A DNA stretch of 64,000 bases from NCBI GenBank assembly GCA_964016885.1, contig OZ024740.1, forward strand, positions 402,442,001-402,506,000, read 5' to 3'. The position numbers and the translations under genes are program-made. The notes under the pieces are model-generated. The model was not told where the DNA came from and did not search any database. It worked only from the letters and a program-made list of their open reading frames with translations. Of the stretch, positions 45,450-59,204 are shown one piece after another. The DNA comes from Eledone cirrhosa (taxonomy: Eukaryota). Positions within the stretch are counted from its first letter, which is position 1. Every line of letters starts with the position of its first letter.

Positions 45450-46200
45450 GAGAAAGAAAACAAAACCGAATAGTCTCTCAAGAACCTTTGAATTAATACA
45501 TCGAAATTAATTTACATATTTAACGAAATGGAACATTGTTTGCAAGCAATTTTCCAAAAATTTTAGATATAAAATATACGAATTTTTTGGGTCACTATAA
45601 ATTGTATTATTAAAATGAACTCAGATAAATAATTCCAATAGACCAATAGCCAATTGGAATTATTCATCTGACAATTTACTTAAATTTAAACACAACAGAA
45701 TTATTTATTAAATCATAGTTGTAAAATAAGTAAGAATGTATCATTAACTGTTAGTGACTCCATAAGAAAAAGTCGGATAATATCAAGAAATTAAAAATTC
45801 ATGTTTCAAAGATAGTCTAGGTGTATTCCAAATTTGTCCCTAGCTTGCAAACAAAGATTACATGTTCTTCCTATAAGCAAATAAATGAATTTGGAAAGAT
45901 GAATTATTACTGGCTAGAAAATTATATCCTAATTTGTTTTTCTGGGGTTTTTTTTTTTCAGAGACATAACCAATTGCAGAAAAGTTTGTTTTATTTTCTC
46001 TTCTGCCAATTAATTAAGGTCTATTTGTCCAGGGTTATCACAATCCTAATTAACAGTCATCCTCCTCTACTTAATTCACTATTCAATAAATGTTCATTGA
46101 TTTGAATGTATGGGTTGTGTACCCTACCCATCTCTCGTTTTTTTTACGAGAATCAATCAAGGTTGTTCTCATCACATTGGTTATAATGTAATATATTTTT
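45450..46200 (+). pseudogene. Decayed Penelope-like RT C-terminal (thumb) region, back-to-back with 44160-45240
   Basis: A FLDIKY motif near 45560, followed by ITCSSYKQINEFGKMNYYWLENY, resembling the PLE RICS...NGY segment. Confidence 0.35.
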
Positions 46201-46640
46201 GTTTCATTACTTCAAATATACTATTTTTTGGTATAATACTGCAAGAATACTGGCTAAAATGCAACAGCTACTGCATCATTCAACAATTTTGCAAACCCGA
46301 AGCAAACCAATTTCTTTCTTTCTTCATTCTTTCATTCTTTTCTTTCTTTCATTCATTCTTTATTTTTTTTTATTTATTTTCTTTCTTTTCCTTTCCTTTC
46401 TTTCTTTATGTATTTATTTATTTTAATATCCTGTCTTTGCAGCTAAATAATTCAGCGGCAAAAAAATAAAAGCCAGTTTATCAACACAGGAAACAGCAAT
46501 TCTATCCAATGAATATTGTTATATATCTGGTGACAGTTAGATTAAAGTTAATCACGTGGGAAGAGATTTTAGTAATGTGTATTATGTATGTATATATATA
46601 TATATATATATATAAATATATATATACATATATATATATG

Positions 46641-46700
<60 letters not shown>

Positions 46701-47177
46701 CTTCAATACAGATTCAGTGAGATTTTATATTCCATTCCCCATACAACATTTTTATACTGACTCCTCCAATAATTGTATACATGAATATAGAATAGTAGAG
46801 AGTAAGTGTGATAGAGACTGCTCAGTGTTCGCGTATGTACATACATGACCATGTGTCTGCATTTGTTTTATCTAGGGATGTATACGTGTATGTATGTGTA
46901 TGTGTATGTGTATGTGCGTGAGTGTGGGTGTGTGTGTGAGTGTGTGAGAGTGTGTGTGTGTGGGGGGGGGGGGGGTATGTGTGTGTGTCACTTGTTGAGT
47001 AACTCTGGTTCTTCAACAGCATTACGACTAGATCTAACGTACCTGTGAAATACGGAGCCATTTTGACTATAATTCCATGGGAGTATTATTTAGCTGATCT
47101 AACTGGAATTCATATCGATTGATATCGGTTTATATTGTCTTATTTCTTTTTATATGCATATAAATATATAAATATGA

Positions 47178-47214
<37 letters not shown>

Positions 47215-47215
<1 letters not shown>

Positions 47216-47299
47216 CGAAGGAAATGTGGTAAGGAACCAGGTGGACCATAACGCACCAAGGTACTCAATACTTAGGGTAGTAGAGTGGGTAATCGTTCC

Positions 47300-47300
<1 letters not shown>
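47215..47300. mobile_element. Short (TA)n-inserted repeat fragment, same family as 39257-39332
   Basis: TGTGGTAAGGAACC.G.TGGACCATAACGCACCA..GTAC.CAATACTTAGGGTAGTAGAGTGGG is shared by both loci. Flanked by TA runs. Confidence 0.85.
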
Positions 47301-47357
<57 letters not shown>

Positions 47358-47384
47358 TACAGAGAGAGAGAGACTGATATAGAT

Positions 47385-47438
<54 letters not shown>

Positions 47439-47474
47439 TGTGTATATATATATATATATATATATACTTATATA

Positions 47475-47523
<49 letters not shown>

Positions 47524-47739
47524 TTTATATAGATGCATGTATTTATGCGCAATTGCCTTGTTTGTCGTGTTGTTTGTATATGAATAACTATGCACTTATG
47601 CATGTATATACTGTTATATATGAACAATTGCACATATATACCTCACCACACACGCACGCACACGCACACCCACATATATATGTATTGCGTGTGAAGCCTC
47701 AAGGAAAACCTGTGACGTCGCAACTCATTTGTTCTGTGA

Positions 47740-47865
47740 AGTAAACCGGAGCAACGTGAATTAAAATGTAAAGAGTTTTGCTGAAGGACACAATGCATCA
47801 CCCTGTCCGAGAATCGAACACAAAACCTCCCGATTGCAAGTCGAACAACCTAGTCACTAAGCTAT
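47740..47865 (-). mobile_element. tRNA-derived SINE remnant of a second family
   Basis: GAATCGAAC is a reversed B box. TTTGCTGAAGGACACAA resembles the reversed GTGTCCTTGAGCAAG core common in mollusc SINEs. Confidence 0.55.
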
Positions 47866-47922
47866 CCTCTTTCAGGATTATATGGTATATACACATACAC
47901 ACAGACACACACACACACATAG

Positions 47923-47969
<47 letters not shown>

Positions 47970-48122
47970 GTTCAAGAGTAACCAATAATAAAGAGAGAGA
48001 TGGAGACAGGAGAGGAGATAGGAGAGGAGAAGAGAGATTGTTTTGCTTAACTAATGAATATATATATATATATATATATATGAACACATATATATTCGTA
48101 TATATATTAACACACACACATT

Positions 48123-48201
<79 letters not shown>

Positions 48202-48756
48202 TTATATATATGCATATATATGTGTGTGTGTATGCAGAGAGAAAAAGAAAGAAAGAGAGCGAGAGAGGGGAGGGGGAGAAAAAGAAAGAATGAGAAAAAT
48301 GGAGAAAGAGAGATGTATGTATATATGTTGTAGTTATACAATAGCGACATTTGTGTATGTACCTTTCCATTTTAGTGTAAGAATAAGCGTATGTAAATTT
48401 GTCTGTATTTGTCACCAAGACATGGAAGACAGCAACGTAGTTATCACGCATGAAAGGCATAAATATAAATGAAGTTAAAGACAAGGCTAGATCATGCATG
48501 TCAAAAATTATGCAGAGCGGATAATTGCTATTTGGAAATCAGATTCTTTCGTTACTTTCACCAGCGGGCGCTGTTTTGCATGCTTCCATAACCAATTTGC
48601 TGAAAAGAAAAGAATATAGACTTTCATTTCAAGTGATTTTTAACAATTGTTGGCATCTATTATACACTGAAAATTAATGTATTTTATAACGATGCATAAT
48701 GTTAGTGTAATGTCTGTTGTTTCACATATGTGCATATGATTGTACAAACATTTTTG

Positions 48757-48787
<31 letters not shown>

Positions 48788-50316
48788 TAACAGAGATATT
48801 TATATGAGAAGATTATCCATAAACATAAGCATAATACTCTTTGAATATTTTGTTATTTAGCTTTTTCTCTTTCTTTATACACTCACATACTTAAGCGTGT
48901 ATAAAAGAGCCTATCTGTGTATTATGCGCATAAGTTTTTGTCGTAAACATTTCTACATGCGTTTTATGTATATATGAATATATGCACATTTCTATGTCTT
49001 TACACATACACATGTTTGTGAGGATATGCCTGTGTGTCTTCGGGTTTCAGCGCATGTCTATCATAATAAATTCAACTGCAAGTTTCTTACGTTTTTGCCT
49101 AAATTGTGTTAACTTTTTCAAGAAGCAAAATATTTGTTGAATTTCCTTATAAATCAGACAGGTGACCATCTTTATATTTAGCAAATAGTTGATTCAACGG
49201 AATAACGTATAAGCAAATATGTTTCTATTGCATAACTCACACCTTCATACGATTATTTTCATTCTTTTATTTTAGGTGTAACATTTTTCTTTTCAATATC
49301 CATGAAGCAAAATATAAAAACGAGGAATCCTGTTCTATGGAAATTGTGACTATCATATGCATGATAACAGGCGTTCAAATAATCTTTTAAACATACAGAG
49401 TAAATATAAAGTCTTGAATGTGTAAAGATTATGGCGATTGTCTTTATTCGTTTCAGTCTCTCTATTTTGTTTGGGGTTACAGCCATGCTGGGGATTGTCG
49501 TGGAACGTTTAAGCGTTCAAATAGGGTTTAGTAGTTATTTTCGGTTTGATATTTATTCTATTGATCTCAATTTACGGAAACAACAAGTAACATGGACATT
49601 CAAAATCATCAATTTTAACCGATACCAAATAAATGCAAACGCAAACGTCCATAATGATTTTTTATCAATATAAATAAATGTCTAGAAAATTGTGTAATGA
49701 ACACCAGGTGAGGTAAAATAGCGGATAAAGTCGCTTGCAATATATCGCACGCCGTGTCTCTCGGATGCCGGGTGAGTACATTAACCACAACACTAAATAA
49801 CAAGTTGCTGCTTGTATCTTTAGATTATAAACCAGCGTCTAGAAGTTTAAATGACTCGTTGTGTTTCGAAACATCGGGAAAATTTGATATTTGAAATGTA
49901 TTCCTACCAACACTGCATAGGCTATTGCTTAACTCACTCGTTCGATATCCAAGAAATGTGGGTTTAATTTCGGGCATACGTTTATCTCCGGGGGTAATTT
50001 GCCAAATTTTTGCGACTACAATGATAATGATCGACTGTTGTTATGACTATTTGTGGTGAAACGACGACATCTCAGATATATGAATCTATCTGTCTATCTC
50101 TGGGATGGACACATGTGTTAAACTTGCTCGGTAAGTTTTGTTTAAATTTCTTTAGAAATTCGTCATTGTGAACTTTTATTTTTATACCAATTTGTAGAGG
50201 GACTAACAGGTCAAATTTTGATCTGATCAGTCTCCCAAAATATCGTGCCCCTCAGGGCAAAAACATCCAACATATTTTCGAAAATATTTTTGCAAAACAC
50301 TTCAATTTTTAAAAAA

Positions 50317-51500
50317 TGGCCGAAGCTGAGACACCTACTTCTTTGTCAATACAAGAAGGGAAAGCCATGCCTACTTGACCAGCAAGTAGTAGCAGACATG
50401 GACAAAGGAATGCCAACATTATCGCCTCAACATTTAGAAGAGGAACAAGCTTCAGCTGCTTTTAAGCAACTGAACACGCCTGACGTCACAAACGTCACAT
50501 GTATCCACACACAGAAGGAAGAGTAGAATGTGTAGCCAATACTAACACCACCACAAGCAACAACAACAATACAATAAATGAGAACAACAACAATACAACA
50601 AAAGGAATCAGCGGCAACACAATGAATGAGACCATCATCACCACCAACAACAACAATAACAACATTTCATTTGCAGCAACCGTTGCTAAGCAACATGATT
50701 TTAAATATTACCCCATGGACATTTCCCAAAAGTCCCAATATTTGGAAGAAGCTTCCAAATATGTGACGTTTGAGGGAGACACCACACACATACACATACC
50801 CCCACAAGTAAGAGAGATGACACAGAAAAAGAAACTAATCTATAGAACAGTTGACATCATTACCAGTATGGAAGTGTGTCAGTGCTCTTTAAGAGCGAAA
50901 CTCTGGCTCAAAAACACCCGGTTCACCCAATAAAAACGGGTCAACACATATTCTTCCCCACATACATGGGAAAAAGATCATACAAAATAAAAATAACCAG
51001 GATCCCAGCAGAGGTCAACATATGGTGGATCCTACGCTGCATCCTGAAGAAAGATGAGGACACCCTCCTATCTGTAAACAGGACAGACCAGAATAACTGG
51101 TTTGGAACCTGCATCGAGGTTCTCGTACAAATGAGGCCAGAGAGAGTTGAGAAAATCCCGGACAGGATCGTCCTTGAGGAAGAGGTCATCTCCATTTTAG
51201 TGGAGGGAAAAAGACCTCAGTGCCCAAGTGTGGGAAAACCACACACTTAAAGGACATTTGCCCTCTCTTAAACAAACCGAGGACAAACAAGGTGTTATTA
51301 CCAACACCAAAACACCAACAGCACAATCACCACCAACACAACCAAACACTTCAAAAACAAAACAAACACCCACACCATCACAATCACAAATCCCAACCAC
51401 AAAAAGAAAACTACACACAGAAACAGCACACATAAAAAAACAAAACACATTACACATACATAAAAAAAAAAAAACAAAGAATTATTAGACACTTCGAAAG
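50317..51500 (+). pseudogene. Tx1-like ORF1 (gag-like, CCHC zinc knuckle), frameshifted
   Basis: Joined fragments give SFAATVAK, YKIKITRIPAEV and IPDRIVL...VEGKRPQCPKCGKTTHLKDICP (C-X2-C-X4-H-X4-C). Confidence 0.8.
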
Positions 51501-51773
51501 AACCCTACTATCCAAACGGAAGGGAAAACCTTCCCCCAAACCTCAAACTGATCAGGGTAACAACCCTACAACATAGAAACATTGAAAGGGACATTCTCAC
51601 ATGATGTGGGCCCCCCTCCCCCTTGCCAAAAAACCCTTAACCGTGCCCTGCTAAAAGAACTCCCTTCCTCCCCAAACACCCCAATCTGCACATGGAGATC
51701 GAGCAACCCGACCTCCAGGAAACGAAAAGATAAGTGTTCCTGCCTTTTCTCTCCCTAACTCTTCTTCACCAAT

Positions 51774-54700
51774 ATGGCGACTATACGAGTTGGATGTTTG
51801 AATGTACGTGACCTGGGCATGCCCTGGAAACAGGGCCAGCTTTTAAATGATCTCAGGTCACATTGTGTAGATGTGATAGCCATCACCGAGTCCAGGATTC
51901 ACGAGAGGCAGCAGCTAACCCCCATGTTCGATGACTTTGAGATCTACGCATCTCTATGTCAGCCAGGATGTGGAAGGGGAGTTGCTGTTCTGTTTCGAAT
52001 GGCACAAACGATTCACTTGGACCCGGAGGGCAGCTTGGTGGTTCTGGATTTAAATGGTAGTGAAGGTGGAGCCTTCAAACTGGTGGACGTATATGTCCCG
52101 ACTGGGACATCGCGACCAGAGTTCTTCAAGCATATGGAGGCATTTTGGGGAACGTCTGCTCCTTAGTGTTAGCGGGGGACTGGAATGGCATCTTAGATGC
52201 ACGTTGGGACTATGTAGGAGCTTGTAATAATAGATGGGGTTGTAATAGCCTCAAAAATCTCATCAGCCAATTCCAACTGGCTGATATATATCGACGAGAC
52301 TTCCCAAGTGTACCACTGTGGACGTCGAACAATCGCACTGGGCCTTCTAGATCGTATTTAGATAGATTTTTAATTAGACAGAAAGATAAGAAAACATTAA
52401 GCTGTCAACAAATGCACATAGTTGCCTATTCAGACCACAAATTAGTCACGTGCGTAGTCAACCTACAGTAAACGGATTAGCACCTTAGTTAAGTGCCAGT
52501 TGACGGGAGCGTCGTCAACAACAGTTGGTGGAGCTCTCTCAAGAGAGCAATTAGAATAGAATCGATAGCATTTAGCAAGGAAGTAGCTTTAGAAAGAAAA
52601 AAACGAAAAGGAACTGGTAGCTAAGGTAGAAGAGGCTCTTAGGAATGCAGTACAGCTGACGTGCTAGCTGTAAGAACGGCACTAGACCAGTTCTTCAACG
52701 TGAAACATGAAGGTTTTATTGTCAAAAATAGAAACACGTGCTCTAAGAAACGAGAGAGCCAAAGCTGTTAGCTGGGAGCGAGTGGCAGAGGCGAAAAGTG
52801 GCAACAAATCCACAATTCGGTCCTTGCAAGACAAAGATGGACGCATTCTACTTGAATCCAGCAGATGTGCGCGGTCTTCCAACAGCATTTTGCACAACTG
52901 TTCGGGCAAAGCAGTACGTCAAAGGAGGTGATGGACTTCAGCTCCTACCTCGACGGCATACCACGACTCTTGAACACAGATGCGGTCAGCTGCGAAAGGC
53001 CGATCACTGCGGGCGAAATAGAAGATGCCCTAGGCCGCTGTGGGAAACGCAAATCACCCGGTTTAGAAGGTCTACCTTATGAGTTTTACATAGGCATGTC
53101 AGACTTGTTCTCTGGCGTCCTCGAAACGGTCTGCTGTAACTGGCAGCAGAACGGAAGTATTCCCAGTTCTGAGGGCAGAGGCGTAGTAACGCTGATCAGG
53201 AAAGATGAGAACAAGGGTTATGAGATAAGCAATTTCAGGCCCATAACACTGCTCAACACAGATTTAAAGATTTTGGCCAATGTGTTAGCAGCGAGGCTGG
53301 CGCTTGTCGTCGAGAATCTGGTAGGGGAAGCGCAAACGTGTGCAATACCAACCAGGTTCATACATGACAACCTCCATCTCATGCGATACATCATAGAGAG
53401 GGAAGGGTGCAAAAACCTGGCTTCGGTGAGATCAGTCTAAGGCATTTGATAGGGTCGACCATCAATACTTGGAAGCGGTTCTCAAGGCGGCCGGCTTCGG
53501 TCCCGTCTTCAGAAGCTGGATCGCTGCCATGCACACCAGCATCTGCTCGGCAGTCAAGGTGAATGACTACCTATCGCAGCCATTTCAAATCATGCGTTCC
53601 ATCAGTCAGGGGTGTCCTCTCTCCACTATTCTGTATATACTGACGCTCGGGCCATTACCGCGGAAGTTGGAAATGTTGTAGGGCATCCCGATCGAACCAG
53701 GACTGCAGAAAGCAGCGTCGGCCTATGCCGACAACATAACCGTAATGGTGTCGAAAGCCACGGACATCGGGGTAATCGGCAACCTATTACAGGAATACGA
53801 AACGCTGACAGGAGCAAGACTAAACCCAAACAAGTCTGTCGGTTTGCAACTCGGCACATGAAGAGGCAAACCGATGCCTTCCGACAGTGTCGTTGGACGC
53901 TGGACGGAAGGACCGGTGAAATTGCTCGGGGTCTGGTTTGGTCCAGACCTCCAGGTGGACAAGAACTGGAACGAGGTCACGGCGAAGGTGTTTGCACTCG
54001 CCCAGAAGTGGGCTGAGTGCAAATTCTTCTTGAAAGATCGAGCGGAGGTGGCGAACACATACATAGCGTCCGTCATCTACTACCGCTTGACAATCGTGCC
54101 TTGTCCCCGCGAATACCTCACCAAAATGGAACGCCTACTCTTCAAGTTCCTCTGGAAGAAACAGGCTCCTTTGGTGAGGAGATGCATCTGCTGTCAACAC
54201 CCTTCTAACGGAGGGCTAGGCATACCGTGGCTGATGATGCGCAAACACGCGCCGAGGCTACGCCATCTCCAGGTGTTCCTGACCGGCGAACCGGTGTGGC
54301 TGTCGTTTGTGAGACGAGCTCTTCCACAATTCTTCTCACTAACAGAGCTGCAGTCCTGGGTCAAGCAAAGACCGAACATGGACGCCTGGCACCTCCATAT
54401 TCGACATTCTATAGGGGATTAATGGAGGATAAGTGCGACGACGTTCTCGGGGAAACTCTAGCTATCGAGGAAGACGAACTGACCAGACTGTTCGGGAGGA
54501 CTTTCCGTCCAGGGCCTATGGATAACTTCCAGGCCTATGGATAACATCCAGGAGCTCTACCAGTTCGAGACAAAATCTACAGGCACGGAGGCCCTGGCAG
54601 AGATCCTGCCAAAAGGCCCTGTCCAAGATGCGAGCAGGACATCGAAACCGATCTGCACGCAATTGTTCAGTGCTCCCGGGTGACCGACCTGTAGAATTAT

Positions 54701-55021
54701 GTCGAACAGCTACTGTCACGTGTAGGACGCATCAGCCGAGTCTATCGTGAGGATCACCCCGGCGTCTTCATTTAAGGAGAGGAGGTCTTCCTCTGTCTGG
54801 TGGCTATGGCGAAAGAGGTAATATGGTGGACGAGGTTAAAAGGACTGAGGGCAAGCACCTTTCTCTCCGGACAACAACTCATCCCCTTCTTTAAGTACCA
54901 CTTCAGAAGAAAGGTGAGAGTGGAAAGAGAGGTGCTACACCCCAGTAAATTCGCTGAAAGGTTAGTGAATGTGATGAAAATGGCCCGAGTCAATGGGCCT
55001 TCTCTGTTTATATATCTGTAG
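51774..55021 (+). pseudogene. Tx1-like ORF2: apurinic endonuclease + reverse transcriptase, disrupted
   Basis: APE motifs CLNVRDL, ITES, LAGDWN, SYLDRF, SDHK. RT motifs KSPGLEGL, FRPITLLNTDLKILA, AFDRVDH, QGCPLS, AYADNI, LLGVWF, GGLGIP. Split over about 7 ORF fragments. Confidence 0.95.
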
Positions 55022-55275
55022 GTTGAGGAAGATACACAGAGGGAAGACGGGAACACCTACAGAACGTGTTCCTATTATTGAGGGTTGTTCTATCCACGGG
55101 GTGTAAAGCAACAGAATTAATAACAGAACACACTCACTGTTTGGTTGGTTTTCGCTTTTCGCTTCTGTGTCTTTTATATCGGTAATCTAATTTATTCGAT
55201 CCTCAATGTTGCCATTGACTGACCAACGGTCAAAATTACAGATACAATATAGACAGAAACGCATATATATAGTTT

Positions 55276-55318
55276 ATCAAAGTGCTTTCGTTGCACATCT
55301 GCAACATCGTCAGTGGTG
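55276..55318 (-). ncRNA. Candidate minimal type I hammerhead ribozyme in PLE pLTR
   Basis: The minus strand reads CACCA CTGACGA T GTTGCA-GATG-TGCAAC GAAA GCAC TT TGAT. It is sense to the PLE ORF. AAGCACTT is one change from the palindrome AAGCGCTT. Confidence 0.65.
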
Positions 55319-55668
55319 CTATTGTTTCCTCCCGTTGCATTGTATTTTCTACGCCATCTTTATTTAGTCTGTTTATATTTTTATTTATTTGTTTATTTTA
55401 TTTTTTCTTCTTTGCGCATGCGTTTGCGTGTGTGTTTAGTGTTTTGTTTGATGTGTGTTCGTGATTGGGTGACTGTATATTGGTTAATGTATTCTATCTT
55501 TACTAGTGTGTGTTTATATGTGTTTGTTGTTATTATGCTTGTGTATGTATGTATTTATTTATTTATTAATTAATTAATTTATTTATTTATTTATACTTCT
55601 CTTAGGTCAGTGTTGTTTGTTTGGGTGTTGTTGTTATTCCATTCATTTTTTCTGTTTAGCCTTGGCCT

Positions 55669-56458
55669 TCAATGTTCTATTTCACTGGCCTCTCTGATTT
55701 GCCTATCTGCTGGGTCATTTTTATGTTTAGATATTATTCTAATTTCTATGTTGTCCATGTTACCGTTGTGTTGTTGTATGGCATGTTCGTATAGTACTGA
55801 ACCGTGTTTTCGTCCTTTTAGTTCCCCCCAGTGTTGGTCTATCCTTTCACCTATGCTACGAGCTGTCTCGCCTATGTATGTTGTTGTCATGTTTCTGCAA
55901 GTACCCTCTGTACATCTTATGCTATAGACTTCGTTTCTAGTTTTACAGTTTATCCGGGGTTTTACCTTACATATGATACATTTCCTATTAGTACAGTGGG
56001 TTTTCTTAAAAGGGTAGGTTTTGCTGATCAGAGATTTTATGGTGGTTCCTGGCTTTTCTACCACCTTAATCTTTAAGTGGGTCTTTCTCAGGGCCTTTCT
56101 ACACTGGTTAGCTAATTTCCCTCCAGGGGTAGCGTCCACAAACATGACACTCTGGTATCTCTGGTTGTCGTATCATGAGGTGGCTTTCCCTATCTTATGT
56201 CTAGCCCTATCTAAGCTATTCAATGATTTGCTCCTGTATAATGGGCAAATTCTTTTCATGTCCAGTTCTATGAGGTCTTATACTTTTCCGTGGCTTCTTC
56301 GTATACTCTGACTCTGTCTCTTTGGTTGTAGCCAGAGAACTGCATGTGGTTGATGAAGTGTTGGATGTGTCTTTCCATTTCTGTTGGGTCGCACATGCGG
56401 GACACGTTCTTCATCACTCGTACCAAGTCTGCGATCAGAATATTAAACTTAGCACTAC
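55669..56458 (-). pseudogene. PLE RT thumb + GIY-YIG endonuclease (C-terminal part, frameshifted near 56270)
   Basis: HMQFSGY; CTNRKCIIC; NCKTRNEVYSIRC...TYIGETARSIGERIDQH; SVLYEHA; RQIREA. Confidence 0.92.
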
Positions 56459-56646
56459 TGAGGACCGAATGAATTAGATTACCGATATAAAAGACACAGA
56501 AGCGAAAAGCGAAAACCAACGAAACAGTGAGTGTGTTCTGTTATTAATTCTGGCAATATTACACAAATATGACCCTCCCTAAGTATAACAATATTTGTTT
56601 CGACACACGATTTCGTATAAAAAACCTCGCAAAACTAATATATATA

Positions 56647-57411
56647 TATAAATTTAGCGAGAATCACATTTCGACGAGTAGAAATTAGCGAAACGGAACT
56701 TCCGAATTGTGTTGGCAAGCGCTCAATGGATATGAAGATACCAGAGCTATAAACATAAGTTAAAAAGACTATACAAAACTGAGACGATGGTTAAGAAGCC
56801 ATTAACCACCTAACCCAAAAAAGCGAGCAAGCTAAGCGGGTCAAATAAAATAAGATATGATTGAAATATTTACCCGGACCTCGGGAATAATGGTAAAATC
56901 TGATATAGGGCTTCTGCAACACCTAAATGAATAATACTGTCTGCTTACAAAAAATATTAAGCTTTTGGTATAATGATCGAACATGGATATCACTTTCTCA
57001 ACAGACATCTTGTTCTGCGTGCGCCAGGATCTCACAGTGTTCGAAAGCACATGTGAACTCCAAAGGGGAGAAAACCCTTAGTTTTGGCAAATGAATTCAG
57101 TATGTGTATTCATTGCAAAAATTTGCAAAAATAGCACAAAATGAATTAAACTCTAGACCGAGTAGTTTTTAAAATAAACTTAAGCGATTAATCAATCAAT
57201 AGAATTATCTAAAAAAAAATCAAAAAAATTAACTGGTTAATTGCTAGATTTGGGAGATTAATGCAAATATAAATTTAGCGAGAAACGCATTTCGGCGAGT
57301 AGAAATTAGCGAAACGCAACTTCCGAATTGTGTTGGCAAGCGCTCAATGGATATGAAGATACTAGAGCTATAAACATAAGTTAAAAAGGCCATACAAAAC
57401 TGAGACGATGG
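56647..57411. mobile_element. Non-coding element with ~144-bp terminal direct repeats (period 621 bp), starting in (TA)n
   Basis: AATTTAGCGAGAA...CTGAGACGATGG occurs at 56651-56790 and 57272-57411. Confidence 0.88.
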
Positions 57412-58319
57412 CATATGATGTTGTTTTCTATCCCAGGACTTGACAATTCATTGCATATTGTACGCGATTGCTTACCTTTTAAGAAATGTGGGTCCTATAG
57501 AGCGTTATCTAATTGCCACGGTACTGTAGTGCAAATGTTAAATTATTCCAATTAGTTTTTATTTCAATAATAATATATTGAAATTTTGCATTGTTTCTTC
57601 TTAGCTGAGTTTGTAAGAAATAACTTTCTAGTGTTGCTTCATGTTCTTTTCTGTTGGGTATGCAATATTTAAATGGCAAGTTATTTCAAAACCCTCAACG
57701 TTTTGTCCGAGAGATAAGAGAAGCTGTAAAGGCCTATCATGGGTTGACTATGCCTAGAGCATCATTTGGCTTTAATTCAGCCATAGATAAATCTCATGTT
57801 ATCCATTATCTAGCAAACGTATAACTAAAGGCATTTCAGCCGTCATTTTTTGTGACTAAGTCTACATTTTCCATTAAATCTAGCATTGCTAAATATCACA
57901 CTTTGTGAGAGAGTAGGTGGTCTGTTTTCTTGATCGGGTATATCGCAGTTGACAAAAAGAAATTTCATTGTCCATGTAATTCACCACTGAAGGATGAAAG
58001 ATATATTTGCTCCTGGATGTGGGTGTCAACTCTGTTTCGTACGAACCTGTAATATGTATTTATTTATTATAGAGCTCAATGGTTTTTAAAAACAGATATG
58101 CCAAACCTTATTCATCTGGGCTCTTAATTTTCTGTAATCTCATTTAAATGCCACAAATAATTTCGTGATAATTTGTTTGTTATTGTTGTGGAGATTATTC
58201 AATATCCAATATTTCTCGTCATTGCATAATTTCAGGCCTTGAGAGCATTTATATAAACATTTCTTAGCCCTCATAGATACACATATCCTACTAGCATACA
58301 AATATCAACAGATCTTTAA

Positions 58320-58680
58320 GTATATGGATGTTCTTGTAACAAACCTGAGTGATGCCCGCTGGATGAACAAAGTAACACCCCAGCAATAATATACGAAGCT
58401 GAGGTTTGTCCATTCAATCTCCACTACCAAAAGGAATCCTGGAAATTCTTCGGTATGTCAGAGAGCCGGTTAAAAATCGTTTGTTTAATCACGACTCGAC
58501 CTGCAGATACACAAATGAAAGAAACACCACAAATTTGGCAAATGAAATATGGCAACTGAAAGAAAAGAACACAGACTTCTCAATCAAATGAAGGCTATTA
58601 GAAACATCTCGGCCTGAAGAATATGCAATGAGGAAAAATTGTGGATATTGTATAATCTCCACAACAATAACAAACTACTT
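58320..58680 (+). pseudogene. Decayed GIY-YIG endonuclease of a different Penelope-like lineage, with an inverted partial copy at ~58170-58240
   Basis: AIIYEAEV...FFGMSE..VKNRLFNH...RNTTNLANEIWQLKEKNTDFSIK*RLLE...ICNEEKLWI. 58170-58240 is the diverged reverse complement of 58611-58676. Confidence 0.7.
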
Positions 58681-59039
58681 ACATAGTTCTTCTCGCGATA
58701 TTTCCATGTTTCTAACATTTTTATCTTTCTTAATATTTTAATATTAAAATTATTAGCTAGTTTAGCATTTGTTCGAATTTTCTTTTATCTAATTGTTTTC
58801 CCTGACCAACCAGATTACATGCCCTTGGTTTGGGGGCTCTTCTCGCTATTGTTTTGAGTAAATATTTTCCGATTTAATTTCGTCGGTACAGATTGAACAA
58901 GTTGGTCCTCTGGGCTAACAAATTGTGCGTAACTGGTATGATCCCGTTGAAGTAACAAGCTTTAATAGTCATATATATATATGACTATTAAAACCAGTTA
59001 CTTCAACGGTGCCATACCAGTTACGCACACACACACTCG

Positions 59040-59136
<97 letters not shown>

Positions 59137-59204
59137 CACACGCATACACACACACTACAGACACACACACACACACATACACACACACACACACACATAT
59201 ATAT

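Larger units (their letters stand above)
50230..55110 (+). mobile_element. Degenerate near-full-length L1/Tx1-clade non-LTR retrotransposon
   Basis: Two-ORF layout: zinc-knuckle ORF1, then APE+RT ORF2. Boundaries are approximate. The 3' end abuts a PLE. Confidence 0.92.
55112..56636 (-). mobile_element. 5'-truncated Penelope-like element with an inverted pLTR segment
   Basis: Minus strand carries an RT C-terminus (56458-56268), GIY-YIG (56145-55669) and 3'UTR/pLTR (55668-55112). 56459-56636 is an inverted copy of the 3' end, followed by (TA)n. Confidence 0.9.

Noticed and set aside
50195-50240. U2 snRNA target at the Tx1 5' junction
   Set aside because: The flank GATCTGATCAGTCTCCC does not match the U2 sequence as I recall it, beyond a few bases.
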